A stretch of DNA of 64,000 nucleotides from the IMG/VR virus record IMGVR_UViG_3300013737_000003. The stretch is one strand, 5' to 3'. Positions within the stretch are counted from its first letter, which is position 1; the number at the start of each line of letters is the position of its first letter. Source of the DNA: a virus. The notes beneath the pieces were generated by a model. The model saw nothing but the letters and a program-made list of their open reading frames with translations. It was not told the DNA's origin and ran no database searches. Below are positions 8,411-18,474 of the stretch, piece by piece. The position numbers and the translations under genes were made by a program.

Positions 8411-10699
8411 ATGCACACCGTGTTTTGGCAGACCGCGTGCATGCTTGCTTCGCTCGGGATCAAAGTCTTCCCTGTTGGATGGGCATCGAAGGCTCCATAT
8501 CACTCGACCGACTGGCGTACACTGGCAACGAATGATGTCAACAAACTGTCGCAGATTCTTCCGCAGGCATCGTACGGTCTCGCTGCCGTACTTGGACCCG
8601 GCTCTGGCATCATGGACGTGGAGTATGACTCCGAGTTCGGTGCCAACACCTGGCGAGAACTGCATCGCGAAGTACCTGAAGTTCGAACCGTCGCCTACCA
8701 GTCTCACCGAGGCATACACCGCTGGTTCCGATGGTCGCCCGAACTAGCGACACTCGGCAAGACGATCCCGAAGGTCAGAGGCATTGAAGTCCGACTCGGC
8801 TCGGACACCAAAGGCATCTACTCGGTAGTCCCGCCCAGCGCCCATCCATCAGGCGGGTGGTATCAATGGCTCCCCGGGTGCGCCCCGTGGGAAGTCGCTA
8901 TCGCTCCCTTGCCTCACCACCTTCTCGAAGCCTTCACCGCTGTTGTCCAGACTCATTCGAAGTCCTCCTGCGAAGTCACGCAGGAAGGCGATGACTGGGT
9001 GCCGGAGCCCGGCCAGAGACACCAGTACATGCTGAGACTGACTCATCTCCTTGCAGGCACTCTTCGCCTGCCTCGGGAGCTGGTCTATGAAATGATGGTG
9101 CCCTTCAGTCAGCACGTTGGCAAGTTCGACGATCTTGGTGATGATAAGGCCGAGCGAGAACTGAAAGACATGATCGGCACTGTCCAGAGACCGCAGGTTC
9201 CGGAAGCGATCCTCCGTGACGTTGACTTCGGAGCCATCTATGAGACAGCGAATACAATCCTGCAACAGCAGAAGGTTGAGCAGATGCAACTGCGTGAGCA
9301 GACATACCTGCCAACCAATGTGTTCCCATCCTGGCTTGAGCAATTGAGCCAGGTGGCGAGGCAGTGCCAAATGCCTCGCCACTTTATTCTGATGACTGCC
9401 CTGACGGTCGCGTCAGCAGCCATCGGCTGCGGAGCCCGAGTGAGGATGAGCATCGATCAGATGCCAACGGGTCTGCAGCTCTACACACTTGGCGTCGGTG
9501 AGAGTGGGAGCGGTAAGTCTCGTGCGTTGAACCGGATGACCGACATCTTCCGAACCAACCCGAACTTCGCTACCGACGCCACCACGGAAGCCCTGCGGAG
9601 TGCGTTGAATGTCAATCCTCGCGGTGTACTGCTGAAAGTGGTTGAGGGGAAGCAGTTCACCCGAATGCTGGGACGATATTCCGGCTCCGCAGGGCAAGCC
9701 CCTGACAACAGTCTTCTGCTCGAAGCATGGTCAGGTGACCCCATTGTTGTGATGCGACAGGATGCCAAGAAGAACCTGCGTATCGACAACCCGTTCCTCT
9801 CGGTGGCTGCAGCAATCCAGCCACACAACCTCGGTTCCTTCTCGGCAGATGACATCCTCGAAGGGTTGATGCAGCGCATGTGTGTCTATGCGGGAGACGA
9901 GGTGCCAAGCACGCTCGATCCGAAAGCAGGGACACAGTTTTGCAATGGGATGAAGACCTTCACCGATACGATCATGCGCCTGCAGACACTTCGCCCCTTC
10001 GTCTATAAGTCGGCGATGGACGCCGTGGTCGCATACACTGACTCACGACAGAGCCTTCAGCCGGTCGAACTGGTGCTGACAGATGACGCCCGAGGGCTGT
10101 GGGTCCAATACTCGCAGTGGAAGCGGAGTGATGCCTTGCAGAGCATGTGGGTTGAGGGACACCCATTCCGCAACGACCTTGTGAGACATGCGGAGATCGC
10201 TCTGCGGATTGCGGCGATCCTCATGCTGTGGGAGATGGCAGAGCATCCTCAGTTCGAGAACTGCTACCTGCATCATCACCCTTCAGCATGGGTCGACAGG
10301 AAATATCTTGAACGAGCGATTGTGCTGGTAGAATGGTTGTGGAGTGAGAAGCAAAGAATCATGCTTGATCTGGCCGATGATCGCTTTGCCCGAGCGATGC
10401 AGCGAGGCGGCATGATCAAAGTCGACACCTCACTTAAAGATATGCTGAAGCGTCTTGCTGAACGTCGTTGTAACCTCCTCACCAATCGGTTGAAAGGAAA
10501 GAAAGAATGGTCTTTAAGGGACTACTACCGACACCTCCGGATGAACGTCGACGAAGCGAACCAGGAAGTCGCCCTGTTCCTTCAGCACGGGCTCGTGAAG
10601 CAGTCAAACAGCCGGTCCCATGCCGTCAACAGCTTGATTACTACGCAATACGAGTTCGCAATGGAAATGATCCGACCGGCGAACCACGAGTCCCGCTGA
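8411..10699 (+). CDS. Bifunctional primase-polymerase (Prim-Pol) fused to a DUF3987-like P-loop domain
   Basis: N-terminal GIKVFPV, GIMDVEYD, QSHRGIHRWF, VVPPSAHPSG; C-terminal Walker A GESGSGKS and DATTEAL; ATG 8411 preferred over the 8345 track start. Confidence 0.85.
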   Translation: MHTVFWQTACMLASLGIKVFPVGWASKAPYHSTDWRTLATNDVNKLSQILPQASYGLAAVLGPGSGIMDVEYDSEFGANTWRELHREVPEVRTVAYQSHRGIHRWFRWSPELATLGKTIPKVRGIEVRLGSDTKGIYSVVPPSAHPSGGWYQWLPGCAPWEVAIAPLPHHLLEAFTAVVQTHSKSSCEVTQEGDDWVPEPGQRHQYMLRLTHLLAGTLRLPRELVYEMMVPFSQHVGKFDDLGDDKAERELKDMIGTVQRPQVPEAILRDVDFGAIYETANTILQQQKVEQMQLREQTYLPTNVFPSWLEQLSQVARQCQMPRHFILMTALTVASAAIGCGARVRMSIDQMPTGLQLYTLGVGESGSGKSRALNRMTDIFRTNPNFATDATTEALRSALNVNPRGVLLKVVEGKQFTRMLGRYSGSAGQAPDNSLLLEAWSGDPIVVMRQDAKKNLRIDNPFLSVAAAIQPHNLGSFSADDILEGLMQRMCVYAGDEVPSTLDPKAGTQFCNGMKTFTDTIMRLQTLRPFVYKSAMDAVVAYTDSRQSLQPVELVLTDDARGLWVQYSQWKRSDALQSMWVEGHPFRNDLVRHAEIALRIAAILMLWEMAEHPQFENCYLHHHPSAWVDRKYLERAIVLVEWLWSEKQRIMLDLADDRFARAMQRGGMIKVDTSLKDMLKRLAERRCNLLTNRLKGKKEWSLRDYYRHLRMNVDEANQEVALFLQHGLVKQSNSRSHAVNSLITTQYEFAMEMIRPANHESR

Positions 10700-12321
10700 C
10701 ACACATCTACGTTCGCGTATCGACTCGCGAGCAGGCATTCAAGGGCATCTCGATCGAGACGCAGACGGAGAAGTGTCTGCGGTATGCCAAGGCCCACGGT
10801 CTCCAACTCGGCACAGAAACCAACTGCGGAATACCGGGAGTATTCATCGACGGCGGCAAGTCTGCCACGAAGTACTCGGCACTGACTGATCGCCTTGGCG
10901 GGGCTGCATTTGTTGCCGCGATCCGTCCCGGAGATCATGTCATCTTCACCTCCCCACACCGAGCGTTTCGAAACCTGAGACAGGCAGAGAATCAGCTCTA
11001 CGAGTGGGAGCAGGAGAGAGTTACTGTCCACTTCACTGACCACGGCATCCGCACAGACACAGCGAACGGTCGCATGATCATGCAATTGCTGTTCGTTGTC
11101 GCTGAGTGGAAGTCGAGGATCATGGCGGCACGTATTGCCGAAGGTACAGCCCTCAAAAACAAGGAGCTGATCCCTGAAGCCAAACCTGAACCAGTAACGA
11201 CTACGGAGCGAGTCACTGCTGATGACACGCTCAGCCAAATCTGGCTGGACGAGTGGGAGAAGCGATACAACCCTCCGCCGCTGAAGGTGACTGGCAAGGT
11301 GCGAGCCTACGTGCGAGTGAGTAAAGCCAGTCAGAGCGTTGATGCTCAGAAGGAAGTGATTCGCCGATGGCATGAGACCAGCGAGTACAAGCATCTCGAT
11401 CTCCTTTTCTACATCGACCACGGGAAGTCAGCGTACTCCAGCGACTTCAAGAAACGCAGGGAAGGGAAACGACTGCTGACTCTCGCACAGGAAGGCGACA
11501 TCGTCGTCTCAGTACGAGCTGACCGCATGATTCGATCGGTGTCAAACATGGTCGACGTCATCAAGGACTTCGAAGCCAAGAAGGTCACCGTCATTCTTCT
11601 GGACATCAACCTGCGAACCGATACCCGCTTCGGAAAGATGCTGCTCGGCATGCTGGGGTTTGTGGCCGAACTGGAGTCTTACGAGATCGACATCAGCAGC
11701 AACTCGGCTGTGGCCACCTCCGTTCGAGCCAAGGGGTTGCCTGTCAGTAAGATTCCATCTTTGATGCTGAAGCCCAGTGCAATGCGAAAGGTGTCGTGGA
11801 TGAGGGCGTGTCTGCCCGAAGACCTCTGGATCGGTGCTGTGTGGAGGCACACTCAGAACATTGCTTCGGGAGTCAAGGTCAGCACATCCTGTCGAGCGGT
11901 CAACCGGTGGCTGTGCGATCAACTGCAAATCCCGCAGTACATGTTTCTCAACGGGAGTCAGTCATACAAACAGTACGGCAAGACTATCACGCCGCACCGA
12001 CTGCGAGACAAGACGCCCAGAGCAGGGCAGATCATTGCAGACATTGATGCCCAGCATGATCCGACGCCGGGGGCGATAGCCCTGCGAAACAAACTCCGGA
12101 AATTCAAGCAGGATAAACGTGTCTACGGATGGTTTGTTGAATACAACGGCAAAAAGGAGTTCAATCACTTCCAGCGATACTGGAAGCGGATTGTTGAAGA
12201 GAAAGACTCGTTGAAGATCAGCAAGGCAGTCACCATCATAGATGACCTGCTCAAGCTATATCACACGACCGGCACCTATTGCGTTGAAGAAGTTCCGGAC
12301 AGCCGAAGTGCTGAAGAATAG
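10507..12321 (+). CDS. Serine recombinase with two tandem resolvase catalytic domains (start uncertain)
   Basis: Two YVRVS motifs (IYVRVSTREQ; AYVRVSKASQ), each followed by D-x-G-x-S, R-x-x-R and T-x-x-G-R/K-M resolvase motifs. Confidence 0.85.
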   Translation: MVFKGLLPTPPDERRRSEPGSRPVPSARAREAVKQPVPCRQQLDYYAIRVRNGNDPTGEPRVPLTHIYVRVSTREQAFKGISIETQTEKCLRYAKAHGLQLGTETNCGIPGVFIDGGKSATKYSALTDRLGGAAFVAAIRPGDHVIFTSPHRAFRNLRQAENQLYEWEQERVTVHFTDHGIRTDTANGRMIMQLLFVVAEWKSRIMAARIAEGTALKNKELIPEAKPEPVTTTERVTADDTLSQIWLDEWEKRYNPPPLKVTGKVRAYVRVSKASQSVDAQKEVIRRWHETSEYKHLDLLFYIDHGKSAYSSDFKKRREGKRLLTLAQEGDIVVSVRADRMIRSVSNMVDVIKDFEAKKVTVILLDINLRTDTRFGKMLLGMLGFVAELESYEIDISSNSAVATSVRAKGLPVSKIPSLMLKPSAMRKVSWMRACLPEDLWIGAVWRHTQNIASGVKVSTSCRAVNRWLCDQLQIPQYMFLNGSQSYKQYGKTITPHRLRDKTPRAGQIIADIDAQHDPTPGAIALRNKLRKFKQDKRVYGWFVEYNGKKEFNHFQRYWKRIVEEKDSLKISKAVTIIDDLLKLYHTTGTYCVEEVPDSRSAEE

Positions 12322-12489
12322 TCGGCCACCGACTCTGACTCCCGAGAGCCGCACAAGCACTGTGCGGCTCTTTTTGTTGATACGCACTCCGCGCCGATAC
12401 CAGTTCCGGATGGTATCATCGGTGACTGCGTATCCTTGCTTTGCAAGCAGGCAGGCGATCTCTTTTGCCTGATACTTTCGTTCTCTCAT
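12256..12489 (-). CDS. DUF1580/excisionase-like HTH protein
   Basis: TIRNWYRRGVR...VRLSGVRVGGRLFFSTSAVRNF, MerR/Xis-like winged HTH; convergent with the recombinase. Confidence 0.7.
   Translation of the reverse strand: MRERKYQAKEIACLLAKQGYAVTDDTIRNWYRRGVRINKKSRTVLVRLSGVRVGGRLFFSTSAVRNFFNAIGAGRVI
12345..12375 (+). terminator. Rho-independent terminator after the recombinase
   Basis: GAGCCGCACA/TGTGCGGCTC stem followed by a T-tract. Confidence 0.75.
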
Positions 12490-12630
12490 AACCGGCTCCA
12501 ACCGACAAAACCGAAAAGCGTGAACAAACCGAAACTGTCCTCTTTGTAGCCACAACGGTCTTTTCACGCAAGCAGACATTTGGTGGTATGCACACGATAG
12601 TTCCCCCAGAACCAACGGAGCAGAGATCAG

Positions 12631-13920
12631 ATGTCGACAGTAATTACACCAGGAAGTTTTGCCTCCCTCTCACAGAGCGTATTCGGTGATGCCACCCCTG
12701 CGCAGCCGCAGGGTGGAATGCCAGGCACCGTTCCATCTGGGGGAACGATTCCACCAGCGGCTCCGGCCCAGCCGCCCGCTGGTGGTTTTCCTCCTCAGTA
12801 TCCGCAGTACCCACAATATCCGTCCCAGTACCAGCAACCTCCTGTGACACCTTCGGTTCCGAGCGTGACACCGGCGGTTGCACCCCCCGTGGACCCCCCC
12901 GTAAACCCCGGCGCCCCGTACCACCCCCCCGCAGCACCCGCCCCGCAACCCGTCCCGCCCCGAGCTGTCCCTCCTCCCTACCCGCCAAAACCCGTCACAC
13001 CCCCCCCCCCCCGCGGGACCCCTCCGGCTTATGCACCCCCGGTCGCCCCGCGCCCTCGGACAGTGCTTGATTCTTACGTGGCACGCGGAGCCCTTACGCG
13101 AGAGCAAGCCGATCAGATCGGTGACGACTTCCGCCTGTTCGAATACGTATTGCAGGAACCAGAACCACAGCAGCCAAATCTGTCACAGGGGCAGACCGGT
13201 GTGACTCCAACCACCCCGGTCGCCCCTGTGACACCTCCTGCAGCCCCTGCTGCCCCTGAGTCACAGATGCTGGCAACAGCCCGCACTTTGGTTCAGCAAG
13301 GGATTCTGATTGATCAGGGAGGATTCTTTGTTGCGAAGTCTGCAGAGATGCAGCCGCTCGCAGCAGCGGCCAACCAGGAACAATTCAAAGTGCTTCAGGC
13401 GGAAGCTGCCAAGCAGGCGCAAACCGCGTTCAATCCGGTAATTGAACAGATGAAGCAACAGATGGAACAACTGAAACAGCAGGTGCAGGCGGTCCAGCCG
13501 AAAGCCTACGACTCGTGGCTCCAGCAACACAGAGAGTATCTGTATGCCAAGGATGTCGCAGGCAACATCACGCAGACCCGTACTCCCGCTGGTGACGTTT
13601 ACTACCGAGCCTGGAACGAAGCTCAGTCTCGCGGTCTCAATGATGAGTCCGTGCTGCATGAGATCGCCAAGAGCAAGGTCGAAGGATTCTGGATGGCCAG
13701 TGGAGCTGCGGCACAGCAGCCAGCACAGCCACCTCAGACCTTCATGCAGGCAGCAGCCGCTGCTCCCTACTCTCCTAACCCAGGCTTCAACGCCCCGGGA
13801 ACTACGATCAGTCAACAGACACCAAATGGGTACAACATGCCGGGTGTGAATAATCAGGGGATGCCCGACTGGGATTACCTGATGAACCAGCATCTGGCCG
13901 GTAACCCGCAAATTCGATGA
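12631..13920 (+). CDS. Pro-rich protein, likely capsid scaffold
   Basis: Immediately precedes the capsid gene; disordered N-terminus and coiled-coil middle. Confidence 0.6.
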   Translation: MSTVITPGSFASLSQSVFGDATPAQPQGGMPGTVPSGGTIPPAAPAQPPAGGFPPQYPQYPQYPSQYQQPPVTPSVPSVTPAVAPPVDPPVNPGAPYHPPAAPAPQPVPPRAVPPPYPPKPVTPPPPRGTPPAYAPPVAPRPRTVLDSYVARGALTREQADQIGDDFRLFEYVLQEPEPQQPNLSQGQTGVTPTTPVAPVTPPAAPAAPESQMLATARTLVQQGILIDQGGFFVAKSAEMQPLAAAANQEQFKVLQAEAAKQAQTAFNPVIEQMKQQMEQLKQQVQAVQPKAYDSWLQQHREYLYAKDVAGNITQTRTPAGDVYYRAWNEAQSRGLNDESVLHEIAKSKVEGFWMASGAAAQQPAQPPQTFMQAAAAAPYSPNPGFNAPGTTISQQTPNGYNMPGVNNQGMPDWDYLMNQHLAGNPQIR

Positions 13921-13931
13921 AAGGTTGAAAC

Positions 13932-15125
13932 ATGCCTGGACAGTCGCTTGTCCCCGCAACGGTAGACGGTCACGTGAATCTCGCACGCGACCTTGCTCCC
14001 AAGTATTGGAAGATGGCTTCGGACCTGACCGTTCGAAACCATCTGACGTTCTATCTCCTGCGAAAGTACGGAACGTTGACCTTCAACGCCCGTTCGCATA
14101 CGCAGGTGTGGAACGCGAAGATTCGTCAGCCGCAGGTTCTCCCTCTCGCGGACAACGTTCCGCTGGAGTTTGTGAACCAGGATACCGACATCCAATTCTA
14201 CATTGGATTCAAAGGTATGGGTGCCGCTGACTTCATGCCTGAACTGGAATACCTGCTCGCGCAAGGTGCTCCGGAGCAGATCACTGATCGCTTCAAGCGG
14301 AAGTCTGTCGACATGGCAAACAGTGTCGACGAAGCACTGCAGAAGTCGTTCTACTCGGACGGCAACGACCCGTTGAATCTGTACAACTACGTGGGCATCA
14401 AAACCCCACTGGCGTACAACGCGGGTTCTGCGACCGTGTTCAACATCACCCACAAAATCGCTCAGCCCAACGGCTCCTATGCCGGTCAGAGCTGTGCTCT
14501 GGCTGCAAACGGTGGTACGTGGTCGGCAGCGATGGGTACGTTCCCGAACGGTAACCTGGCGAAGGACTGGCCGTTCGGCCAGGGTTCACCGGAGTACGAC
14601 GGAACGGCTCCGATGATCTGGAACTACCACAGCTCCGCGTTCGACACGGGCGTGACCAGTTCCACATCAGCAATGATGGCTTGGGAGACCAACGCGGTTC
14701 GCGTTATCTCTGAAGCAGCCATTGCGATGATGCACCGAGGTGGATACCGCAACAACGGTGGTGCTCCTCTCGTGTGTGTGATGGCATCTGAAATGTTCGT
14801 CGCTCTGAAGAACTCCTTCCGAGCACAGAATCGACACAGCATGCCGTGGCAGGACGGAGACTTCGGTTTCCCGAACCAGGATACTTTGATGGTCGATGGC
14901 GTGCTCTGCATGTCAGACTACAACGTGCCTGCAGGCGAAGCCTACATGTGGGCTCCACAGTACGTCGAGATGTTCAACATCCATCCGGACATCTACAAGG
15001 CATACGGTCCCGAGTACAGCATGCAGCAGCGCGGATACTTGTACATGAGCACTGCCTACGGCAACTTCAAGTACCAGCCCAAGTATCTGGCTCGCTTCGT
15101 GAGCCGTACAACTGCTGCTCCGTGA
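13932..15125 (+). CDS. Major capsid protein
   Basis: 397 aa; position scaffold-MCP-decoration-terminator; HK97-like features such as N-terminal helix, E-loop strands and C-terminal YGNFKY strand. Confidence 0.75.
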   Translation: MPGQSLVPATVDGHVNLARDLAPKYWKMASDLTVRNHLTFYLLRKYGTLTFNARSHTQVWNAKIRQPQVLPLADNVPLEFVNQDTDIQFYIGFKGMGAADFMPELEYLLAQGAPEQITDRFKRKSVDMANSVDEALQKSFYSDGNDPLNLYNYVGIKTPLAYNAGSATVFNITHKIAQPNGSYAGQSCALAANGGTWSAAMGTFPNGNLAKDWPFGQGSPEYDGTAPMIWNYHSSAFDTGVTSSTSAMMAWETNAVRVISEAAIAMMHRGGYRNNGGAPLVCVMASEMFVALKNSFRAQNRHSMPWQDGDFGFPNQDTLMVDGVLCMSDYNVPAGEAYMWAPQYVEMFNIHPDIYKAYGPEYSMQQRGYLYMSTAYGNFKYQPKYLARFVSRTTAAP

Positions 15126-15193
15126 TCTGATCTGACCACAGGTCGGCGTCACTCAGTTTTCTTTCATTCAACCTCCTCACAGGAGAAACATAG

Positions 15194-15721
15194 ATGTCAG
15201 GTATCGCAGGTATTGCACAAGCCCGCCTCGGAGCGAAGAACGTCCTCAAAGACGATTCTTACCTCGGGGCGGAGCGATCGTTCATGGATAAGGATCACAG
15301 CAATCCTGATTCCGTGGCCCCGTTGTCCTCTCGCATCATTCGTGCCCGATACGTTCTTAACGATTCGGGCGGCACATTGGACCCCGGCAAGGGCGTCGTC
15401 ATCAAATCCGGAGCACCGAACAAGATTGGCGGATACCACTCTGCCAACGGTCGTTGCGACGGCGTAGTCGACCCGTTCCTCGTCGGAGCAGTGGCTGTCA
15501 ATGATTACTTCTGGCTGATCGTCGATGGTCCGGTGGACGTCGAGATCGGTGCTGGTAATATCACAGCCAATGCGGTTGTTCAGACCATTGGTTCAGGTCT
15601 GTTCGCAGGTGGTACAGCAGGCACTAACACCGTTGGTCACAGCGGCATTGCGGAAGAAGCAGCCAACAGCGGAGCCCGAGCACGAGTTATTTTCAATAAC
15701 CCGTTCTCGGTTGCCCGATAA
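15194..15721 (+). CDS. Capsid decoration/cement-like protein
   Basis: G/A/V-rich beta protein after the MCP; YFWLIVDGP motif; strong RBS. Confidence 0.6.
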   Translation: MSGIAGIAQARLGAKNVLKDDSYLGAERSFMDKDHSNPDSVAPLSSRIIRARYVLNDSGGTLDPGKGVVIKSGAPNKIGGYHSANGRCDGVVDPFLVGAVAVNDYFWLIVDGPVDVEIGAGNITANAVVQTIGSGLFAGGTAGTNTVGHSGIAEEAANSGARARVIFNNPFSVAR

Positions 15722-15758
15722 TTGATCCACTCTTCATGCAGGGTGGCACTGACAGGGG

Positions 15759-15790
15759 ACCCCGGCCAGTTTCGGCTGGCCGGGGTTTTT
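15759..15790 (+). terminator. Rho-independent terminator
   Basis: 11-bp stem ACCCCGGCCAG/CTGGCCGGGGT followed by TTTT. Confidence 0.85.
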
Positions 15791-15927
15791 GAACACAGAA
15801 AGGCGGTGATCCTAAGATGGACGGGCGTCAAACACCTCCTGCCGGAATTCACAGTTCCGCACAGGCGATGAATGTGCAGGCAGGGAATCCAATCCAGATT
15901 CCTTTGAAGACTCCAAAGCGATAGGCG

Positions 15928-16674
15928 ATGAGCCCACTCGACAAGGTTGACTTAGCAGGAGGGGCTCCCAAGGCCCCTCCTGTTTTGGTTTTGAGCAGCG
16001 TATTCCCCGGCAAGGTATGCTGTAAGATGTGCGGACTGCCGGTTCCCCCGGAACAGATCAAGGACGTCAAGAGAGGACTGTGCTATATGTGTGCAGCAGA
16101 CGTTGCGCAGGTCGCAATCGCGATCGCCTCTGACGACAGGACAATCATTCAGCGTACGCCACCGATGTTCGACAAGGTCATCAAAGACCTGCGAGACACA
16201 TCAGGCCCGGCGATCGTCGGCACTGCAGAGGCTCTCCTGCAGGAACTCGGTGGCGAACAGCAGTTGGGTATCCGTATTGCTCAGGACCTCAAGCGAGCCC
16301 GACTCGAACATCTGAGCGAGGACGTCCGCAAGTTCCATGAGCCCGACCTGAAACTCGTAAAGCAGATGCACGAGCTGGTTGTTGGGATTCTTGAAAAGCG
16401 AGACGAGCGGCTCAAGGGACAGAACGAAGACCCGATGGGCGACATGGATGAAGAGTCTCTGATGGCTCTCATCACCCAGGCATCCGAACTTCGGCTTGCA
16501 TCTGACAGAGGTTTCCGCGAGCAGATGCTGCTCATGATCTATGACATGGATCGTGAGCTGTATGAGATCGTACAGGCACACAAGCTGACTGCCGGTATTG
16601 TTCCGCTGCCGTCACAAGCAGACCAGCCGACCGTGCTGGTAGTAGAGCCAGAACATGAGCACAGCCCAGCTTGA
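15928..16674 (+). CDS. Putative terminase small subunit (N-terminal Zn ribbon)
   Basis: Overlaps the start of TerL; CxxC...CxxC; helical C-terminus. Confidence 0.5.
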   Translation: MSPLDKVDLAGGAPKAPPVLVLSSVFPGKVCCKMCGLPVPPEQIKDVKRGLCYMCAADVAQVAIAIASDDRTIIQRTPPMFDKVIKDLRDTSGPAIVGTAEALLQELGGEQQLGIRIAQDLKRARLEHLSEDVRKFHEPDLKLVKQMHELVVGILEKRDERLKGQNEDPMGDMDEESLMALITQASELRLASDRGFREQMLLMIYDMDRELYEIVQAHKLTAGIVPLPSQADQPTVLVVEPEHEHSPA

Positions 16675-18457
16675 CCCCCGAGTCTCTTCGGTACTGTCTC
16701 GCCTGCAGAGCAGTTATCAGACACGAACTGTTCTGCAGGAAGGGGTGAAGGCTGCATCCAAAGTCTACGAACGCAGGATGCAAGCCCTCGAACTGTTTCG
16801 TCCGTTCACATACCAGGATCAGTTCCTGACATGTGATGCGACAGAAGTTCTTGTGCAGGGGGGTACGCGATCAGGGAAGTCCACGGTGATCGCTGCATGC
16901 ATTGCGGCATACGCACTGGACAAATCTGTCTACACATCATACGGGCTCCCGATCCCGATGAGACCTGTGCAGTTCCGTGGTGTGACCACCGGTGAAATCT
17001 GGGTGATCGGTAAACAATCGAATCACGCTTCCACGATCTATCGACTGCTGTTCAAGCCCGGACTGTTTACGATTATCCGAGACCCCGTAACCCGGCAATG
17101 GCGAGCACTGCGACCGGGCGTCATACCGGGAGACGATCAGATTCCCCGAAGCGAGTGGAAGCCTTCGCCTCCATTGATCTATGCCGGTCAATGTGAATTC
17201 GACTGGGAGTCGAAGAAGGCAGAAGAGTTCAAGAAGGCGATCCTGCCGAACGGGTGGAAGATTTGTTTCTATCCATCCAGTGGCCAACCCAAGCGAGGCG
17301 ACCCGGTCCATCGTATCTGGATTGACGAAGAGATCGAGGGCGAGGTCAACTACTACTCGGAACTCCAGTCACGTCTGTCTGACTATCAGGGACGCATCTG
17401 GTGGTCGAGCTGGCCGGACATTTCATGTGCTCCCCTCATGGCACTTCGCGATCGGTGTGATGCTGACCAGGCAAAAGTAGTTCGGGGCGAGAAGCCAAAG
17501 GCCGACTTCGTTCGAATGCGGTTTCGCGGAAGCGACAACCCGATGATCGATGAGAACCAGAAGCGGTTGCGTACTGAAGGGTGGGATGATGCGACACGCC
17601 GCGCTCGCGATGAGGGCGAGTTCGTCATCGACACGATCCAGACATATCCCGAGTTCAGTGCCGCACTGCATGCCGTCGACTACGGTCTGGACAACCCTCT
17701 CAATGACAAGATCACTGAGATACTGCGGATGCGAAACTGGGTCCCTCCCGCCGACTGGCGAGTCGACCTGATACTGGACCCGGGCACGCAGAGTCCCGGA
17801 ATTCTCTGGGGGGCAATCCCTCCGCCGGGGTTATGGCATCGTCCGGACAGTCCAGTCTACGTGATCTACCGGGAATTGACTGGACGATACAACGCCAAAC
17901 AGCTTGCTCTCATGGTCAAAACACTGGAGCCCGGCAGGCAATACTGTCAGTTTGTGATCGACGGAAAGGCCGGAGACCAGACGTCGATGGGGGCTGAACT
18001 GAGCGTGATGCAGTTGTATTCTGCCGCGTTCCGAGAGCAAGGATTGCGGTGCCAGCTTACTGCTGATATGTTTATGCCGGGATCACCGTCGTGGATTACC
18101 CGGTCGATGAAACTCCGGTCGTGGATGGCAACCAGTGCGGAAGGTCGTCCACAGCTACGTATTGTGACCCACATGTGCAGGGAATTGATTCGGCAGTTGT
18201 CCAATAACGTTCGCAAGGTCAGCAAAGAGGATATTCAGGATAAGCCAGCGCCCGGCCAGAAACAGGACTTGATGGTCTGTCTGGAGTATTGGGCGTCACT
18301 CGATCCCTCGTATGTAGCCCCTCCCGCAGGAGGGACCATACTGGAATCGCCTGCTTATCTCCGAGCGGTCGGTGAAGCGGATTGGTTCAACTCGTTGACA
18401 TCACGTCCACAGCAGCAGAAGGGCAGCAACCCTAAAGTCATTTGCGGCATTCCTTAA
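16655..18457 (+). CDS. terL: Terminase large subunit
   Basis: Walker A GGTRSGKS, Walker B RIWIDEE, C-terminal RNase H-like ILDPG motif. Confidence 0.9.
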   Translation: MSTAQLDPRVSSVLSRLQSSYQTRTVLQEGVKAASKVYERRMQALELFRPFTYQDQFLTCDATEVLVQGGTRSGKSTVIAACIAAYALDKSVYTSYGLPIPMRPVQFRGVTTGEIWVIGKQSNHASTIYRLLFKPGLFTIIRDPVTRQWRALRPGVIPGDDQIPRSEWKPSPPLIYAGQCEFDWESKKAEEFKKAILPNGWKICFYPSSGQPKRGDPVHRIWIDEEIEGEVNYYSELQSRLSDYQGRIWWSSWPDISCAPLMALRDRCDADQAKVVRGEKPKADFVRMRFRGSDNPMIDENQKRLRTEGWDDATRRARDEGEFVIDTIQTYPEFSAALHAVDYGLDNPLNDKITEILRMRNWVPPADWRVDLILDPGTQSPGILWGAIPPPGLWHRPDSPVYVIYRELTGRYNAKQLALMVKTLEPGRQYCQFVIDGKAGDQTSMGAELSVMQLYSAAFREQGLRCQLTADMFMPGSPSWITRSMKLRSWMATSAEGRPQLRIVTHMCRELIRQLSNNVRKVSKEDIQDKPAPGQKQDLMVCLEYWASLDPSYVAPPAGGTILESPAYLRAVGEADWFNSLTSRPQQQKGSNPKVICGIP

Positions 18458-18474
18458 CCCCCCAGGCGGAAACA

